From an uncultured bacterium (GTDB lineage Bacteria; Abyssobacteria; SURF-5): a stretch of DNA of 16,266 bases. Location of the stretch: assembly GCA_964510165.1 (NCBI GenBank), contig CAZEBC010000006.1:32964-49229 (forward strand). Direction: 5' to 3'. Below the pieces are notes generated by a model. The model made no database searches. It was not told the DNA's origin and worked only from the letters and a program-made list of their open reading frames with translations. The position numbers and the translations under genes are program-made. Shown here piece after piece: positions 13,977-16,266 of this stretch (position 1 is the first letter of the stretch; each line of letters opens with the position of its first letter).

Positions 13977-16055
13977 TTATGGGCCGACTCGATACGGACG
14001 CATCATCTCGTTGTCCTCGTGTTCAAGTATGTGGCAATGCCACACATACAGGCCCGCCATGTCGAAGTTCGCGTTGACGCGTGTGATTTCGCCAGGATAC
14101 GCTATGACGGTGTCTTTAAAGCCCATCTCTTCGGGACCAGGGTAATACACGGTCCCGATGGGCGCAAGAATCGGGTCATAATTCGGCGAGTCCATCGTCG
14201 CGATCTCGCGATTCGCAATCTGGAACTGCACCAGATGCAGATGGATAGGATGCGCATCGGCCGTGAAATTGTGGATTTCCCATTGCTCGGTTGCGCCGAC
14301 GGCCGGGTTCTCGGTCACATCGTCTGCCCAATTAAGCGGAGTGTCAACCGTTCCCAGCAACGCCATGGTCGGCCCGAACGGCGCTTCGGTCGTTCCCTCA
14401 CCGCATGGAGGCACACCGACAATTGTCTCAGTCATGTCGTCAATACAAACGTTCTGCACCCCGGACTCCATCTCGTTGAGCGAGAGGGGACGAACACTCG
14501 TGGGAACGAGCGCGGTCTGGGCGGGCAGCACGAGTTGGCCGGGCGGTGTGGTGTTGTCGGCCAGCGAGGCCGGTCCCGGGGCGACCACGCGGAATTCCAT
14601 CACCTGTCCGGTTGAGTCGGGGTCGGAGGGGGCGAAGGCCACCCCTGGTTCCCCGCCGCCGAATGGCTCATCGGGCCCGAGGTTTTGAAGCAGAATCGGG
14701 GTACCAACCGCCACATTGGTGAAATCGACTATTACATCTCGCCGTTCCGCCGGCCCCATCAACAGTTGGTTGAGCGGGACTGGGGCAGCGAGGAAGCCGC
14801 CGTCAGCGCCGATCTGCCATATTTCCACGTTCGGGTCGCTGAACTGCAGGATAAGGAACCTCGAGTTGCAGCCGTTAAGGAAACGGATGCGATAACGCCT
14901 CGGCTCCACATTCAGGAAAGGCCATGTCTGGCCGTTAACCACCATCATGTTTCCGAAGAACTCGGGGTTCCAGATGGGGGCGACATCGGTGTCGGGTGCA
15001 AATTGCACTCCAAGACCCGCCAGTGTGCCCGGGTCCAATCCTTCGAAGAAATCCCGATTGTCAGGGTAAAACAATTGGCCGTCAGCATTAAACGAACGGT
15101 CCTGGATGACAATGGGAATCTCATAGTACATCAACCCCGCTGGATCTCCCATAGCAGGGGCAGGGCCCGGAAGAATCGCAGGCAGGCCGGTGGCGCTGTT
15201 GAGCACCTTGTCATCGGGTCCGCCCCGTATGATGTAGAAACCTGCCGGCCCGGCATACACGTTTGTGCGTGTCATGCCGAGGGTATGGTCGTGATACCAT
15301 AAGGTGGTGGCGCGCTGATCGTTCGGATACATGAAGACCGCCGAGCCGGGCGCCCACAGACTGCCCAGAGGAGACGAGGCCTTGAAGATGTCATAATATG
15401 TCCCTGTCGTCGCATAACCCGCCGGGATGTTGTTTGCGGCAGGCAGGAACCACGCCTCGGGGAAGCCGTCGCTTTCCTGGGCGACATGCGCACCATGCAA
15501 ATGCACCGAGATCGGGACCGGCCCCGCGTACGGAGTTGGGTCGGTACCCTTCATGTCCCTCATGGCGTTTCCACCTGGTGGGTTGGCCCAATGAAGCGTC
15601 TGGTCAACAGGCAAGAGGTGCGGGAGGTAGTCTCCATTGGCATTCACCAAGTCATTGATCCACTTGACCACCACGGGTTTTGTCCATTTCGCCTCAACGG
15701 TGAAGGCGGGGTAATGGAAGCTGCCGCCCTGCGCGACCGTCCCGGGATACTTGACTGAACCATAGCTCCACACGGTTGTCATAGGCAACGGCGAGGGCAG
15801 TACCTGCTGTTCGAATTGTCTTACCGCGATTTCGAAGTATTCGATATTCTTCCCACCTTTTACGTTTATCTTCTTGGTTCGCGGCATGGCAGGCGGAATA
15901 ACCAATGGCGCCTGATACTTCGGGACATCGAGCGGACTGAGCGTGCCGCCCGGGAGCGGCTCAGCGGCGGCTTGCGGAGATGTCCAGCTAAGCAAGAACA
16001 ACCCCGCAACCACCACAAGCCCCAGGACTAATAACTTCTTTGTCAGAGATTTCAT
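13977..16055 (-). CDS. Secreted three-domain multicopper oxidase (CotA/bilirubin oxidase-like)
   Basis: All four copper motifs are present: VHLHG, WYHDH, HPIHLH and WHCHILEHEDNEMM (axial Met). Also IQDRSF, PEFFG and YRIRFLNGCNSR; N-terminal signal peptide; SD GGAGGAG. Confidence 0.95.
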   Translation of the reverse strand: MKSLTKKLLVLGLVVVAGLFLLSWTSPQAAAEPLPGGTLSPLDVPKYQAPLVIPPAMPRTKKINVKGGKNIEYFEIAVRQFEQQVLPSPLPMTTVWSYGSVKYPGTVAQGGSFHYPAFTVEAKWTKPVVVKWINDLVNANGDYLPHLLPVDQTLHWANPPGGNAMRDMKGTDPTPYAGPVPISVHLHGAHVAQESDGFPEAWFLPAANNIPAGYATTGTYYDIFKASSPLGSLWAPGSAVFMYPNDQRATTLWYHDHTLGMTRTNVYAGPAGFYIIRGGPDDKVLNSATGLPAILPGPAPAMGDPAGLMYYEIPIVIQDRSFNADGQLFYPDNRDFFEGLDPGTLAGLGVQFAPDTDVAPIWNPEFFGNMMVVNGQTWPFLNVEPRRYRIRFLNGCNSRFLILQFSDPNVEIWQIGADGGFLAAPVPLNQLLMGPAERRDVIVDFTNVAVGTPILLQNLGPDEPFGGGEPGVAFAPSDPDSTGQVMEFRVVAPGPASLADNTTPPGQLVLPAQTALVPTSVRPLSLNEMESGVQNVCIDDMTETIVGVPPCGEGTTEAPFGPTMALLGTVDTPLNWADDVTENPAVGATEQWEIHNFTADAHPIHLHLVQFQIANREIATMDSPNYDPILAPIGTVYYPGPEEMGFKDTVIAYPGEITRVNANFDMAGLYVWHCHILEHEDNEMMRPYRVGP

Positions 16056-16266
16056 AATTCTCCTCCGTTTTCAGTTAAACTCCTCATCAGAATGGCAGGT
16101 TTACGTCCTTGAAGCGCCGATATAACCTCGCCCCCTTTCCCTCGATTATCCTTGTGATCTTGCGTTGGTTCAGCCCTTGCTCGCGAATCCAGACCTCGCC
16201 TCGATTGCCTTGCTGTATAGAGCTTGAATTAAGCCTGAACCTATTGCTAGATGTGCAGGCAAAAAT

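Noticed and set aside
13647-14615. 322-aa plus-strand ORF overlapping the UVR gene end and the oxidase
   Set aside because: Arg/His-rich shadow translation that overlaps two well-supported genes and crosses the terminator-like hairpin.
16060-16110. Hammerhead-like CUGAUGA...GAAA on the minus strand upstream of the oxidase
   Set aside because: Stem II is misregistered, and no stem I or stem III with a UH cleavage site can be formed.

Overview
GC-rich bacterial chromosomal window, probably from a diderm organism, made up mostly of housekeeping genes. It opens with the 3' end of a PIN/VapC toxin gene, followed by a closely packed rimO-pgsA-pgpA-pncC(cinA C-domain)-dnaE cluster. Next come a secreted protein built from two tandem homologous beta-barrel-like domains, a minus-strand rubrerythrin-like plus glutaredoxin-like pair, an exported HEAT-repeat protein and a GalT/HIT-family nucleotidyltransferase. 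The window ends with a divergent YchF-family NTPase back-to-back with a UVR-motif protein, and a CotA/bilirubin-oxidase-type multicopper oxidase. Several near-consensus sigma70 promoters are readable and correct the ORF-track starts, and REP-like palindromes sit in intergenic gaps. The strongest novelty candidates are (1) the double-barrel outer-membrane protein and (2) the UVR-motif gene, which has a perfect TTGACA-N17-TATAAT promoter and a hairpin hiding both SD and AUG and is divergent from a YchF homolog lacking the canonical switch-I motif. I saw no CRISPR array, tRNA, rRNA, intein or transposase. All family calls come from motif recognition by eye, not database searches.
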